DNA of 64,000 nt from an uncultured bacterium (GCA_963727525.1 CAVSGO010000005.1:352001-416000), one strand, 5' to 3'; positions 39,157-48,436 are shown, counted from the stretch's first letter. Notes: generated from the sequence alone by a model not told the origin. A program made the numbers and translations.

Positions 39157-41232
39157 GTGGGAGCAAGGCTGACAATTGCGATCCTGGTAGCGGCCGCGGT
39201 GCTGAGTCGGACCACTCTGACGTCAGCGGTGGCGCCCACGCCAGGTAGGAACGATCCACGGGAATTGCGGCTTCTCGACGTCCCCTACGTTCCGCAGAGC
39301 GGGGAGCTGTGCGGCGGGGCGGCCCTCGCCATGGTTCTGCGCTACTGGGGCGAAGCGGGCGTCGTGGCTGAAGACTTCGCCACGTTGGCTGACGGGAACG
39401 ACGCCGGCATCCGCACCGGCGCCCTGGTGGGCGCGGTTGCCGACCGCGGCTGGACGGCCTTCGTCTTGCCGGGCACGTCGGTCGCCGTCGCGGACCAGCT
39501 GGTCCACCGTCGTCCCGTCATCGCCCTCTTGCGAGTGGGTGGTGCCAGCTACCACTATGTCGTGCTCGTCGCCTGGGCCAACGGTTGGGTGATCGTCCAC
39601 GACCCGAATGTAGGACCGCTGCGCGTCATGCGTGAACGGGAGTTCGTGTCGGCCTGGTCCGGGAGCGGCGCCTGGTCACTCCTGGTCCTGCCGCCGCAAG
39701 GGACCGGGAAGCGGATCGCACGCGATTCTGGGCCGACCGTCCAGGCGGCGCCCGCCGTGGCCGACGAATGCGGCCAGCTGGTGCAGGAGGGTGTTGCCCT
39801 GGCCGAGCAAGGGGACACGGCGGGCGCGGAGCGCGAGTTCCTCGCGGCGCAGGCCCTCGACCCCGCGTCCGCCGCTCCCCTGAGAGAACGGGCAGGGCTG
39901 CGGTTTCACGTCGGCGATTGGGCGGGCGCGAGCGGCCTCGCGGAACGGGCCCTGTCGCTCGATCCGAGCGATCCTCACGCCTGGCGTCTCCTGGCCGGCA
40001 GCCGTTTCCTGACCGGCGATGTGGAGGGCGCTCTCGGCGCCTGGAATCACCTTGCTGAACCGCGGAACGACCTGACGCACATCGCTGGTCTGGCGCACAT
40101 CCGCTATGCCGCCGTGGCCACGCAAATCGACCTGCCGCCGGGACGACTGATCACCCCCCAGGCTTTCCGCCGCGCGCGACGGCGCCTGGCAGAATTGCCG
40201 GCCCAGGCGGCGTACCGCCTGGACCTGAGACCGCTGCCGCGTGGCACTGCACAGGTGGAGGTGACGCTGCTGGAGCGACCCCTCGTTGCCGCAGGCCCCT
40301 GGGACATCGCCAGTATCGGCGTCAAGGCACTCACCGGTCGCGAGATCACCATCGAGGGGGCGAGTCCCACCGGGAACGGAGAACTGTGGACCGCTACGTG
40401 GAGATGGTGGAGCGAACGTCCACGTGTCGCACTGGCGGTGGCCGTACCGGCAGCCGGCGGCCGTCCAGGAATCTGGCGCGTGGAAGGCTTCTGGGAACGA
40501 CAGACCTACGTGGCCCGGGCCTATTCCGGTGCGACCGCTGTGGCCACCGATGAACTGAGCCGGGAGGAACGCCGGCGTACCGCGCTCTCGTTCGCGGACT
40601 GGCTCGGACCGGATCTCCGGGTCGAGATCGGGTCTGCACTGGACGATTGGAACGGGCGAGGCACCTATCTCGCCCTGGAAGGAAAGGTGGACACGCGATG
40701 GGCAGGTGATCGCCTGGTGGTGTCCGCGGCGTTAGCGACGTGGATGAGCCTCGACGACCACACCCCATTCACTGCCCGAAGTGCGTCGCTGCGGTGGCGT
40801 ACGGGCGGTCTGCCGGAACGCGCGGACTGGCAGGCGGGCCTCGGCATCTCCAGCGCGACGGCCGACGCGCCACTGGCGCTCTGGTCTGGCGCGGGTACCG
40901 GCTACGGCCGCGCCGCACTCCTACGCGCTCATCCCCTGCTCGACGGCGGCATCGTCAGCGGCCGCGTCTTCGGGCGCACGGTCGCCCAGGCGACCATCGA
41001 GCGTCAGGTGTGGCCGTGGCGACGGGAACCTCTGCAACTCGGCTGGGCCGTCTTCCTAGACGGTGCCAAGCCGTGGGATACTGGACGGGCCGATCGCAAC
41101 CCCTGGCAGGTGGATGGCGGCACCGGCCTGCGGATGCGGGGCATGGGGATTCGAGGCCAGCTCCGGATCGACGTGGCCCACGGATTCACTGATGGAGGTC
41201 TCGTCGCCTCGATCGCGTGGCAGAACCCCTGA
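39157..41232 (+). CDS. C39-like cysteine peptidase fused to TPRs, a POTRA-like domain and a putative outer-membrane beta-barrel
   Basis: VPYVPQSGELCGGAALAMVLRYWG (Cys), HYVVL (His), VHDP (Asp); TPR helices; IAGLAHIR...IDLPPGRLITPQAFRRARRRLAELP; C-terminal amphipathic strands VFLDGAK...GTGLRM...LRIDVAHG...SIAW. Confidence 0.78.
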   Translation: MGARLTIAILVAAAVLSRTTLTSAVAPTPGRNDPRELRLLDVPYVPQSGELCGGAALAMVLRYWGEAGVVAEDFATLADGNDAGIRTGALVGAVADRGWTAFVLPGTSVAVADQLVHRRPVIALLRVGGASYHYVVLVAWANGWVIVHDPNVGPLRVMREREFVSAWSGSGAWSLLVLPPQGTGKRIARDSGPTVQAAPAVADECGQLVQEGVALAEQGDTAGAEREFLAAQALDPASAAPLRERAGLRFHVGDWAGASGLAERALSLDPSDPHAWRLLAGSRFLTGDVEGALGAWNHLAEPRNDLTHIAGLAHIRYAAVATQIDLPPGRLITPQAFRRARRRLAELPAQAAYRLDLRPLPRGTAQVEVTLLERPLVAAGPWDIASIGVKALTGREITIEGASPTGNGELWTATWRWWSERPRVALAVAVPAAGGRPGIWRVEGFWERQTYVARAYSGATAVATDELSREERRRTALSFADWLGPDLRVEIGSALDDWNGRGTYLALEGKVDTRWAGDRLVVSAALATWMSLDDHTPFTARSASLRWRTGGLPERADWQAGLGISSATADAPLALWSGAGTGYGRAALLRAHPLLDGGIVSGRVFGRTVAQATIERQVWPWRREPLQLGWAVFLDGAKPWDTGRADRNPWQVDGGTGLRMRGMGIRGQLRIDVAHGFTDGGLVASIAWQNP

Positions 41233-41489
41233 GACCGGCCCGGCCGGACGGCGCGAGCCTCCCCATCTGTATTGATCGACGTCACATCGTATTGATGGCC
41301 TCACCAGGCCACGACACCGTCCAGATCCGCACGCAATCATCACTTATGCGCGGGCCCGATAGTCGCAATACAAGAGTGTCGTTCCTCGCTATCGTCGGTC
41401 GCCAGTTCAGGTCGTCGCTTTGGCGGTGGCCGAGGTACGAGGAATCTTGTCCGTCGAACGCTACGGCATCGTCAAACAAGGAGGGTCGC

Positions 41490-41639
41490 ATGTTGTGGAC
41501 CATCGCGGTCATATTCGTGGTTCTCTGGCTGCTAGGGCTGGTTACGTCATTCACTCTGCACGGCTTCATCCACGTGCTGCTCGTCCTCGCTATCGTCATC
41601 GTGATACTGCGCATCATCCAGGGGCGGCGAATCACCTAG
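41490..41639 (+). CDS. lmo0937 / DUF5670-family small membrane protein
   Basis: AAGGAGG RBS; MLWTIAVIFVVLWLLGLVTSFTLHGFIHVLLVLAIVIVILRIIQGRRIT. Confidence 0.9.
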   Translation: MLWTIAVIFVVLWLLGLVTSFTLHGFIHVLLVLAIVIVILRIIQGRRIT

Positions 41640-41670
41640 GCCGTTCAAGAAGCAGGAAAGGAAAGATGAA

Positions 41671-41889
41671 ATGAAAACAATTGGTGTCGTACTCCTGGTC
41701 CTGGGCATCGTGGCCCTGGTCTACGACGGCATAAGCTACAGCCGGAATCGGACGATTCTCCAGATGGGATCGATGGAGATCGCCGCCACGGAACATAGAA
41801 GCATACCGATCCCGGCCGTCGCCGGTGTGGTCGCGGTGCTCGGCGGCGTCGCACTCATGTTCGTCGGACGCCGATCCGGGAATGCGTGA
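41671..41889 (+). CDS. Small two-TM membrane protein (DUF3185-like)
   Basis: MKTIGVVLLVLGIVALVYDGISY...IPIPAVAGVVAVLGGVALMF. Confidence 0.8.
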   Translation: MKTIGVVLLVLGIVALVYDGISYSRNRTILQMGSMEIAATEHRSIPIPAVAGVVAVLGGVALMFVGRRSGNA

Positions 41890-41988
41890 GATCGACCGCG
41901 ACGGCATTCACCGACCGCGGTCGCGTGGCGCGAAGCAACCCTTCGTCGCGACCGATGTCGATCAGTGGGGCCATTGCACCGGCGCCCG

Positions 41989-42639
41989 TCAGCGGAAGAA
42001 CGGCGACGCGTCGCCAATGACCCTGCTGAAGTAGCCGGCGAAGTCGCGGCGACCCTCGGCAAAGCAGGCGGGACTGGCGACCAGGATCACGATGTCGGCC
42101 TTGACGCTGCCTCCGCTCATGCGCATGGCGACCAGGTTGCGCCCATGCAGCCAGCCCAGCTCGTAGGTCATGAGGCCGAAGCCGAGCGTTTCGGCCCACA
42201 GGGAGCGGTCGTTGGCGAGGGTCTCGTCGGCCCAGCGCCACTTCTCGAGACCGGGGTCGCCGTACAGCGTGACGAGCTCGTTCCGGTAGGTCTTGGCGTC
42301 GTCGAAGTAGTGCGACAGCTCGTCGTTGGTGTCCGAGAACTGGTAGATGCCCAGGCAGAGCCGGTCCTGGTGGAAGAAATAGCTGACGGTGCAGGGCTGG
42401 CCGCCGACGTCGGTCTGCCAGCAGACGAGCGATCCGTCGGCCTGGAACGGCGTGCCCGGTTCGGCAGCCCGGACCTCGGCAACCGTCATGCCCCAGCGCG
42501 CGTGGCGGAAATCGCAACCCGCGGCGGCCGCAAAGCGGTTGCCGGTGGGGGCGGCCATCGCCGCGGCGGTAAGGACGACGGCCCCCAGCGTGGCGAGCAC
42601 GGCGATCCGGTCGAACCGATGGTGATGGGCTGGACGCAT
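41989..42639 (-). CDS. Hypothetical exported protein
   Basis: Signal peptide; DFRHARWGMTVAEVRAAE...YFFHQDRL...LYGDP; GGAGA RBS. Confidence 0.75.
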   Translation of the reverse strand: MRPAHHHRFDRIAVLATLGAVVLTAAAMAAPTGNRFAAAAGCDFRHARWGMTVAEVRAAEPGTPFQADGSLVCWQTDVGGQPCTVSYFFHQDRLCLGIYQFSDTNDELSHYFDDAKTYRNELVTLYGDPGLEKWRWADETLANDRSLWAETLGFGLMTYELGWLHGRNLVAMRMSGGSVKADIVILVASPACFAEGRRDFAGYFSRVIGDASPFFR

Positions 42640-42689
42640 GTGGCGGCTCTCCCGTGGATCGAGACAGCGTCGCTATGCAGGATTCGCGC

Positions 42690-43052
42690 CTACTCGTAGC
42701 AGACGACGAGCCGCACCTCGCGCGGCGTCGCCTCGGGCGGGGAAGGGAAATTCGTCACGACGCGGCCCGACGCGTCGAGCCGGACGCGGCGATCCTGCCA
42801 CGACGCCTGGGGCCGTCCGTCGGCGTCGCGATACTGCACCGCCAGTTGTAGCCCCGTGTCGGGAGCGCCATCCAGGCGCACGGCGAATTCGTCGTGATCC
42901 GTCGCCAAGGGCATGATCTCGGTGCCCGCGACGATATCCACAACGGCGCGTGTCTCGAGCAGCGCGGCCGCTGCCGGCGAGGCGAGGGCCAGCGCGAGGA
43001 CACAGGTGAGGCTGACGTGGGCGCGGAACAAGAGACACCTCCGGATTCGCAT
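42690..43052 (-). CDS. Small exported protein, possibly a degenerate pilin
   Basis: Signal peptide; mature N-terminus RAVVDIVAG and C-terminus VRLVVCYE resemble the neighbouring pilins. Confidence 0.6.
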   Translation of the reverse strand: MRIRRCLLFRAHVSLTCVLALALASPAAAALLETRAVVDIVAGTEIMPLATDHDEFAVRLDGAPDTGLQLAVQYRDADGRPQASWQDRRVRLDASGRVVTNFPSPPEATPREVRLVVCYE

Positions 43053-43147
43053 TTTGCCATGCTCGACGCCCGCAGCATGCACATTGCACGCCCATGCGAG
43101 CATCTTGCAATGATAACCCCGGGGCGCGCCGGAAGGGGAGAAAATCC

Positions 43148-43162
43148 CGGTACGGGAATTGC
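43148..43162 (+). promoter_or_regulatory. Sigma54-like promoter upstream of the first pilin
   Basis: CGGTAC-GGGAA-TTGC (GG-N10-GC), 35 bp before ATG 43197. Confidence 0.5.
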
Positions 43163-43196
43163 CTAATTCATCGCCAGAGGAAGGAGAACGCGTTTC

Positions 43197-43694
43197 ATGG
43201 TCCGTCGCTGGACGATAATTGGACCACTGCTGGCGGGATTTCTGACAACCGGCGCAGCCTGCCTGTGTCCAGCTCTGGCCAAGGATGCGCCCCGCGGTCA
43301 CGAGAAGGACGCCATCGGGGTGTCGGTGACGGCCGATCTCGATTTCGGATCGCTCGCCGACTACGACGGCTACGTGGAACTGGGCGCGGCCGACAACGTC
43401 CTTGCCGATCCGCAGAACATCTTCTTCGGCGGAACGCCCTACTCCGCCATCATCTCCATCACGGGCGATCCCGACGCCGCCATCAGCGTCACGATCAATG
43501 GGGGCACGCAGAGCGGCCTCACACTGAGCACATTCCACACGGATCGCGGCACCCCGCCCCTGGTCGCCGTCAGCCTCGGCGCGGCCGGTGCGATCGAATT
43601 ACGGGTGGGCGGTCGCCTGACCGTCGACTCCGCAGCCGCCAGCCCGGGCAACGATCACAGCGTGCCCTACACGATTACCGTCAATTACGAATAG
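43197..43694 (+). CDS. DUF4402-family (chaperone-usher pilin-like) subunit
   Basis: Signal peptide, DLDFGSL, ITGDP, LRVGGRLTV...PG...YTITVNYE. Confidence 0.8.
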   Translation: MVRRWTIIGPLLAGFLTTGAACLCPALAKDAPRGHEKDAIGVSVTADLDFGSLADYDGYVELGAADNVLADPQNIFFGGTPYSAIISITGDPDAAISVTINGGTQSGLTLSTFHTDRGTPPLVAVSLGAAGAIELRVGGRLTVDSAAASPGNDHSVPYTITVNYE

Positions 43695-43720
43695 TCCCCT
43701 ATACTTTCTCGAAAAATCGC

Positions 43721-43747
43721 TAAAGGCCCACTTTGCGGGTCCGATAC
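43721..43747 (+). promoter_or_regulatory. Sigma28 (FliA)-like promoter upstream of the second pilin
   Basis: TAAA-N15-TCCGATAC versus consensus TAAA-N15-GCCGATAA. Confidence 0.45.
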
Positions 43748-43848
43748 CCCTATCCAGAAAGGGGCTGAGAAACAGTGCAAGCCAGCCCTGGAGTTGACTG
43801 CCTTGAGGAAGTTCGTGGAGCGGAAAGCTCACGTCAAAGGAGTGTTCG

Positions 43849-44355
43849 ATGCTGAACTTCACTCGTTTCTCCGTCCTGACGATCGCGATCGTCTGCATCG
43901 CCAGCACCGCGTCGGCCGTTGATCTCGCCAGCCACGCTCTGGTCGACATCGTCGAGGGTATCGTACTCACGGAAACCGCGGGCATGGACTTCGGTACGCT
44001 GTCGAAGAATGACGGTACCGTGGTGATCGCGCCCGACGGCTCGTACACCGACGCTGCCAGCCTCATGTTCGACCCCACCGGCGTGGCCGCCGGCGGCTTC
44101 ACGGTTCAGTCGGTGGCCGGCGCCGATGTCACCGTGAGCGTCGTCGCGGGTGCGATGCCGGCTGGCCTGGATCTCAATACGTTCACCGTGGACGTCGCTG
44201 GCGGCACCACGACGGGCGCGAGCCCGCAGAACCACACGATGTCGGCTGACACCGACGTGCTGCTCGTGGGTGCTTCGCTGGACGTGACGGGCGCCACCGC
44301 GACCGTGGGCGACGACACGTCGCTGCCGTTCACCGTGACCGTCGTCTTCCAGTAG
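43849..44355 (+). CDS. DUF4402-family pilin, probable major subunit
   Basis: AAAGGAG RBS, signal peptide, MDFGTL, LLVGASLDV, FTVTVVFQ; followed by a hairpin. Confidence 0.82.
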   Translation: MLNFTRFSVLTIAIVCIASTASAVDLASHALVDIVEGIVLTETAGMDFGTLSKNDGTVVIAPDGSYTDAASLMFDPTGVAAGGFTVQSVAGADVTVSVVAGAMPAGLDLNTFTVDVAGGTTTGASPQNHTMSADTDVLLVGASLDVTGATATVGDDTSLPFTVTVVFQ

Positions 44356-44377
44356 ACCACGGCCTGGTGCAGGAATC

Positions 44378-44408
44378 CAGGGCCGGCGGCGACGAGCTGC
44401 CGGCCCTG
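44378..44408 (+). terminator. GC-rich hairpin after the pilin (terminator or mRNA stabiliser)
   Basis: CAGGGCCGGCGGC-gacga-GCTGCCGGCCCTG; weak U-tail. Confidence 0.55.
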
Positions 44409-44438
44409 CTTGTCGAGACCCTCCCTACCTGACCCCCT

Positions 44439-44453
44439 TGGCATACCCATTGC
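44439..44453 (+). promoter_or_regulatory. Sigma54 promoter upstream of chaperone-usher genes
   Basis: TGGCAT-ACCCA-TTGC, near-consensus TGGCAC-N5-TTGC. Confidence 0.6.
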
Positions 44454-44534
44454 CTGAGCCTCGCTGGGCGCTGTTGCGGCAGCGCTGCTATTTCATTGTA
44501 AGGCAACGTGTTAATTGCAATGGGAGGATCGTGT

Positions 44535-45422
44535 ATGCCCGCATCCGCCATGCGACGCGGACTGGTCTTGGCCATGCTTGTCGGTCTGATAGCCCAGATT
44601 CCAGGCACCGGCCTGGCGCAGGGCGTTTCGGTGGCGCCGACGCGCATCGTGCTGGACGGCCCCACTCGCGCTGCCACCGTCTACCTGTCGAACCGGAGCG
44701 ATCGAACGGAGACCTACCGTATCGATCTCGTGCGGTACACCATGCGCGACGATGGCGCCATCGTGCCGGCCGATTCCCTCGGTCAAGAAGACGAACTGTT
44801 CGCCGACGAGCTGATCCGTTTCTCGCCGCACCGCGTGGTATTACCGCCCGGTGGCTCGCAGACGGTCCGTTTGCTCGTCCATCGCCCTGCCGGTGGTGGC
44901 CCCCTGAACGCGGAGTACCGCACCCACCTCTCGGTTCGCTCCGTGCCGGGGGTGCCGACGCTTGCGGAAGTGGAGAGACCCACCGAGTTGCCACCCGAGT
45001 ATCGCGACAAGGTGCTGGTACGGCCGGTGGCGTCGATCGAGACGCTGGTGCCGATCATCGTCCGCTTCGGTCGCCTCGAGGCGACGGTAAAGATCAGCGA
45101 GCCGCACCTGTTCCGACGAGGGCCGGGCACCGAGCCTCGCCTCGACCTCGTGCTCGAACGCACTGGTAACCGCTCGCTCTACGGCGAGTTGACCATCACC
45201 TACGTCGACCCGCGCGGCAAGGAAGCTCGGGTGAGCTACGTGAAAGGGCTGGCCGTCTATCTGCCCAACACGCGGCGTGAGATCAGACAGAACCTGGACC
45301 TCGAACCGGGCGTGCGCTTGAACGCCGGGCATCTGCGGGTGGAATTCACCGAACTCGAGGTCGGCGGCGGCAACGAGTCGGCGACCCTCGAGATTCCGCT
45401 CGGCGGAGCGACGGCGAACTGA
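44535..45422 (+). CDS. Periplasmic pilus chaperone (PapD-like)
   Basis: VSVAPTRIVLD, YLSNRS, IRFSPHRVVLPPGGSQTVRL, EYRTHL, ERTGNRSLYG. Confidence 0.88.
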   Translation: MPASAMRRGLVLAMLVGLIAQIPGTGLAQGVSVAPTRIVLDGPTRAATVYLSNRSDRTETYRIDLVRYTMRDDGAIVPADSLGQEDELFADELIRFSPHRVVLPPGGSQTVRLLVHRPAGGGPLNAEYRTHLSVRSVPGVPTLAEVERPTELPPEYRDKVLVRPVASIETLVPIIVRFGRLEATVKISEPHLFRRGPGTEPRLDLVLERTGNRSLYGELTITYVDPRGKEARVSYVKGLAVYLPNTRREIRQNLDLEPGVRLNAGHLRVEFTELEVGGGNESATLEIPLGGATAN

Positions 45423-45424
45423 CG

Positions 45425-48400
45425 ATGCGCGCGAGGTCCTGCATCCTGACCTCGCTCCTCCTCCTGGCAAGTCTCGGCTTGCCGGCCGGACCAGTGTATG
45501 CCGAGCCCGACAAACCCAGCGAACTCATCCTCGAGATCACGGTCGATCGGTTCACCGCGAGCCAGGGCATCGTCGCTTACCTGGTGGACAACCGCGTCAT
45601 GCTGCCGCTCGGCGAGCTGTCGGCCGCGCTGGGTCTGGCCATCAGTGTCGACCCTTACGGCCACCGCGCCCGCGGCTGGATCATCACGGAGAACCGCACC
45701 TTCGATCTCGAGCTGGATCAGGGACGGATCACCCTGGACGGACGACAGGACGGCGTGCCGGCCGACGCGGCCTTTGCCGACGACGCCGACATCTACGTGG
45801 CGACCAACGTGCTCTCGCAATGGCTCCCGGCGGACTTCGTCATCGACATGCGCAGCATGCGCGTGGACGTGCGGCCGCGCGAAACCCTGCCCCTCATGGC
45901 GCGGCTCAAGCGTGACAAGATCCGCGCCCAGATGCTCGCGCGTCGACCGGGCGCGATCCTCTTCCCCGAGCGTCGCGGCGAGTATCGCGCGGTGGCCTGG
46001 CCCATCCTCGACGGCGAGTTCGGCTACCATCGCGATCCCTCGGGCGACCTGTACCGCGGTTCGATTCTCGCGCGGGGCGACCTCGCCCGCCTCAGCGCCA
46101 ACGGCTTCATTGCCGCCCGCGGCGGCATCGACCACGACGTCCAGGGCTGGTTCCGCGCCGGCCGCACCGATCCCGACGGCGACCTGATCGGTCCGTTGCA
46201 CGCCACGCGCTACGACGTGGGCGACATCTTCGCCGCCGGCATGCCCTTCGTGACCAAGGGCAAGCGGGGCCGAGGATTCATGGTCTCGAATCGTCGCCTG
46301 GGCTCGAGTCAGTCCTTCGACTCCACCGACATCTTCGGCAACGCGCCGCCGGGCTGGGAGATCGAGCTCTACGTCAACGGCAACCTCTTCGACTTCGCCA
46401 CCACCGATGCCACCGGCCAGTTCGAGTTCCGCGAGGTGCCGATCTATTGCGGGACCAACGTCCTGCGCACCGTGTACTACGGTCCCCAGGGTCAGAGCCG
46501 GGAAGACGTGCGCTCGGTCTACGTGGGACCCGGCATGTCACGCAGAGGCCAGCTCTTCTTCGAGGCATACAGTCTGCAGGACGAGCGGTCGATCTTCGGC
46601 GGCAATCTCTGGAGCCATGCCACCGCTGACCATGGGATCTGGAACCATCATGTCGAGGTCGGCTACGGACTGACGTCGAGCCTGTCGGCCAATGCCTCGG
46701 TGAGTCGCGTCTCCAACAAGGGCGAGCCGCAAGACCTCGCGAACCTGACGGTGTACAAGAGCGTCGGTCCGATCGTGTTGCAATCGATCTATGCCCGCGA
46801 CCTGGCGGCCGGCAGCGCCCTGCGACTGGCTGGACAGGGCCGGGTCTTCCACCACAGCCTGTATCTCGAGCAAGACTTCTTCGACAATTTCGAGACCGAG
46901 GCCTACGACACCTACGACGGCTCGAAGAGCGAGACGAACGCGCGTGTGAGCGCCAACGTGGGCGTCATGGGGCTCCCTCTCTCGTACCAGTTTCGCTACC
47001 GCAACCGGACCTTCGACAGCGGTACGATCGACCGGGCGGTCCAGTACCAGGGGCGGCTGTCGACCAACATGCACGGCCTGATGTTCGGGCACGAGATCGA
47101 GCTTCGGCGCAACCTGGCCAGTCAGGGCGCCACCGACTACGGCACCGGCACGCAGCTCGTCAGCGGCTACTGGGGGCGGTGGCGCGTCAACGGCGATCTC
47201 GGTTACGGCTTCGCGTCGCATGCAGGACTCCAGTCGGCCGGCGCCATGCTCCAGTGGCGACCGAACGAGCGGCTCAACGCGCACGTCAGCGCGCGGCGCT
47301 ATTTCGAGGACAGGCCCTACGGCACCATCGATACGGACGTGACGTGGACTCTCGACCAGTTGCTCGCGGGCATCTCCGTCGGCTTCAACACGCGGGGCAC
47401 CTGGCAGATCGGCCTGAGCGTCGCGGTCTCGCTCACGCGCGCCCCGCGCACCGGCAAGTGGATCGTCAGTGGCACCAGAAGCTCGAACTACGGCGCGGCG
47501 ATGGCGCGCACCTTCATCGACGCGGACGGCGACGGCCGCTATTCCGCGGCCGACCAACCGCTACCCGGCGTCGCCTTCCGACGCAACCGCCGCTGGCAAG
47601 GCGTGGCCACCAGCGACGAGGGTCTTGCCTTCCTCGCCGGCCTCAGTCCCGATCGCTTCCAGAACATCGAGCTCGATCTCGATTCGGTGGCAGACCCATT
47701 CCTCATTCCGGACTACAAGGGCCTCACGACGCTGGCTCATAGCGGCGGCGTGGTCGACCTCGACTTCCCGTTCTTCTACGCCGGCGAGATCGAGGGTCTG
47801 GTGGTGCGCGACGAGGCGATGCAGCACCCCATGCGCAACATCGGCCTCGAGTTACTCGACTCCACCGGCCAGCGCGTCGCCACGGCGGTGAGCGAGTTCG
47901 ACGGCTACTACCTGCTGCAGCGGGTGCGACCCGGTAGCTACACGCTGGGCATCGTCGAGGCCACCGTGCCCGGCGACGACTACATCATCCCCCCGCCACA
48001 GAAGGTAGGCGTGCCGTTGCTCGGCGACTTCGTCCAGGGCCCCACCTTCATCCTCAAGCGTATCGGCAAGGAGACCGAGGTCGTGGCGGCGCCTGTGGAC
48101 ACGGCGAAGGCGAAGGAGACCGTGGTGGCGACGGTGACACCGGCGAAACTCACGCCGCAAGATACCCGGCCACCGGCAACACCGAAGCCCAGCATCGCGG
48201 AGCCCGAGCATACCCCGGCGCCGGTCGTCACCACGCCGCCCGACACCACGGTTACCACGCCGCCGGCGACGCTCACGCCGAAGCCGGCTCCCATCACGCC
48301 GCCGCCCACCCGGACGACGACGCCGGAACTCGCCGAGCCGGCCTTCCGCGCGAACGTCGAGCCCGACTACAATCGCACCATGCACCTGATCTACGAGATC

Positions 48401-48436
48401 CTGTTCGCCGGCGAGCTGTTCCCCGACGAGGACTAG
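45425..48436 (+). CDS. Usher-like outer-membrane protein with CarboxypepD_reg-like C-domain and Pro/Thr-rich tail
   Basis: MLPLGELSAAL, GNAPPGWEIELYVNG, YGPQGQ, FIDADGDG, SEFDGYYLLQRVRPGSY; follows the chaperone. Confidence 0.85.
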   Translation: MRARSCILTSLLLLASLGLPAGPVYAEPDKPSELILEITVDRFTASQGIVAYLVDNRVMLPLGELSAALGLAISVDPYGHRARGWIITENRTFDLELDQGRITLDGRQDGVPADAAFADDADIYVATNVLSQWLPADFVIDMRSMRVDVRPRETLPLMARLKRDKIRAQMLARRPGAILFPERRGEYRAVAWPILDGEFGYHRDPSGDLYRGSILARGDLARLSANGFIAARGGIDHDVQGWFRAGRTDPDGDLIGPLHATRYDVGDIFAAGMPFVTKGKRGRGFMVSNRRLGSSQSFDSTDIFGNAPPGWEIELYVNGNLFDFATTDATGQFEFREVPIYCGTNVLRTVYYGPQGQSREDVRSVYVGPGMSRRGQLFFEAYSLQDERSIFGGNLWSHATADHGIWNHHVEVGYGLTSSLSANASVSRVSNKGEPQDLANLTVYKSVGPIVLQSIYARDLAAGSALRLAGQGRVFHHSLYLEQDFFDNFETEAYDTYDGSKSETNARVSANVGVMGLPLSYQFRYRNRTFDSGTIDRAVQYQGRLSTNMHGLMFGHEIELRRNLASQGATDYGTGTQLVSGYWGRWRVNGDLGYGFASHAGLQSAGAMLQWRPNERLNAHVSARRYFEDRPYGTIDTDVTWTLDQLLAGISVGFNTRGTWQIGLSVAVSLTRAPRTGKWIVSGTRSSNYGAAMARTFIDADGDGRYSAADQPLPGVAFRRNRRWQGVATSDEGLAFLAGLSPDRFQNIELDLDSVADPFLIPDYKGLTTLAHSGGVVDLDFPFFYAGEIEGLVVRDEAMQHPMRNIGLELLDSTGQRVATAVSEFDGYYLLQRVRPGSYTLGIVEATVPGDDYIIPPPQKVGVPLLGDFVQGPTFILKRIGKETEVVAAPVDTAKAKETVVATVTPAKLTPQDTRPPATPKPSIAEPEHTPAPVVTTPPDTTVTTPPATLTPKPAPITPPPTRTTTPELAEPAFRANVEPDYNRTMHLIYEILFAGELFPDED

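Noticed and set aside
41271-41286. Crp/Fnr-like site ATTGA-N6-TCACA upstream of the lmo0937 gene
   Set aside because: Single imperfect match with no supporting regulator in the window; could be chance.
43750-43840. Possible c-di-GMP riboswitch or CsrA site in the pilin leader (GAGC-GGAAA-GCTC hairpin)
   Set aside because: The GEMM consensus elements are not present, and one GGA hairpin is too weak to call.
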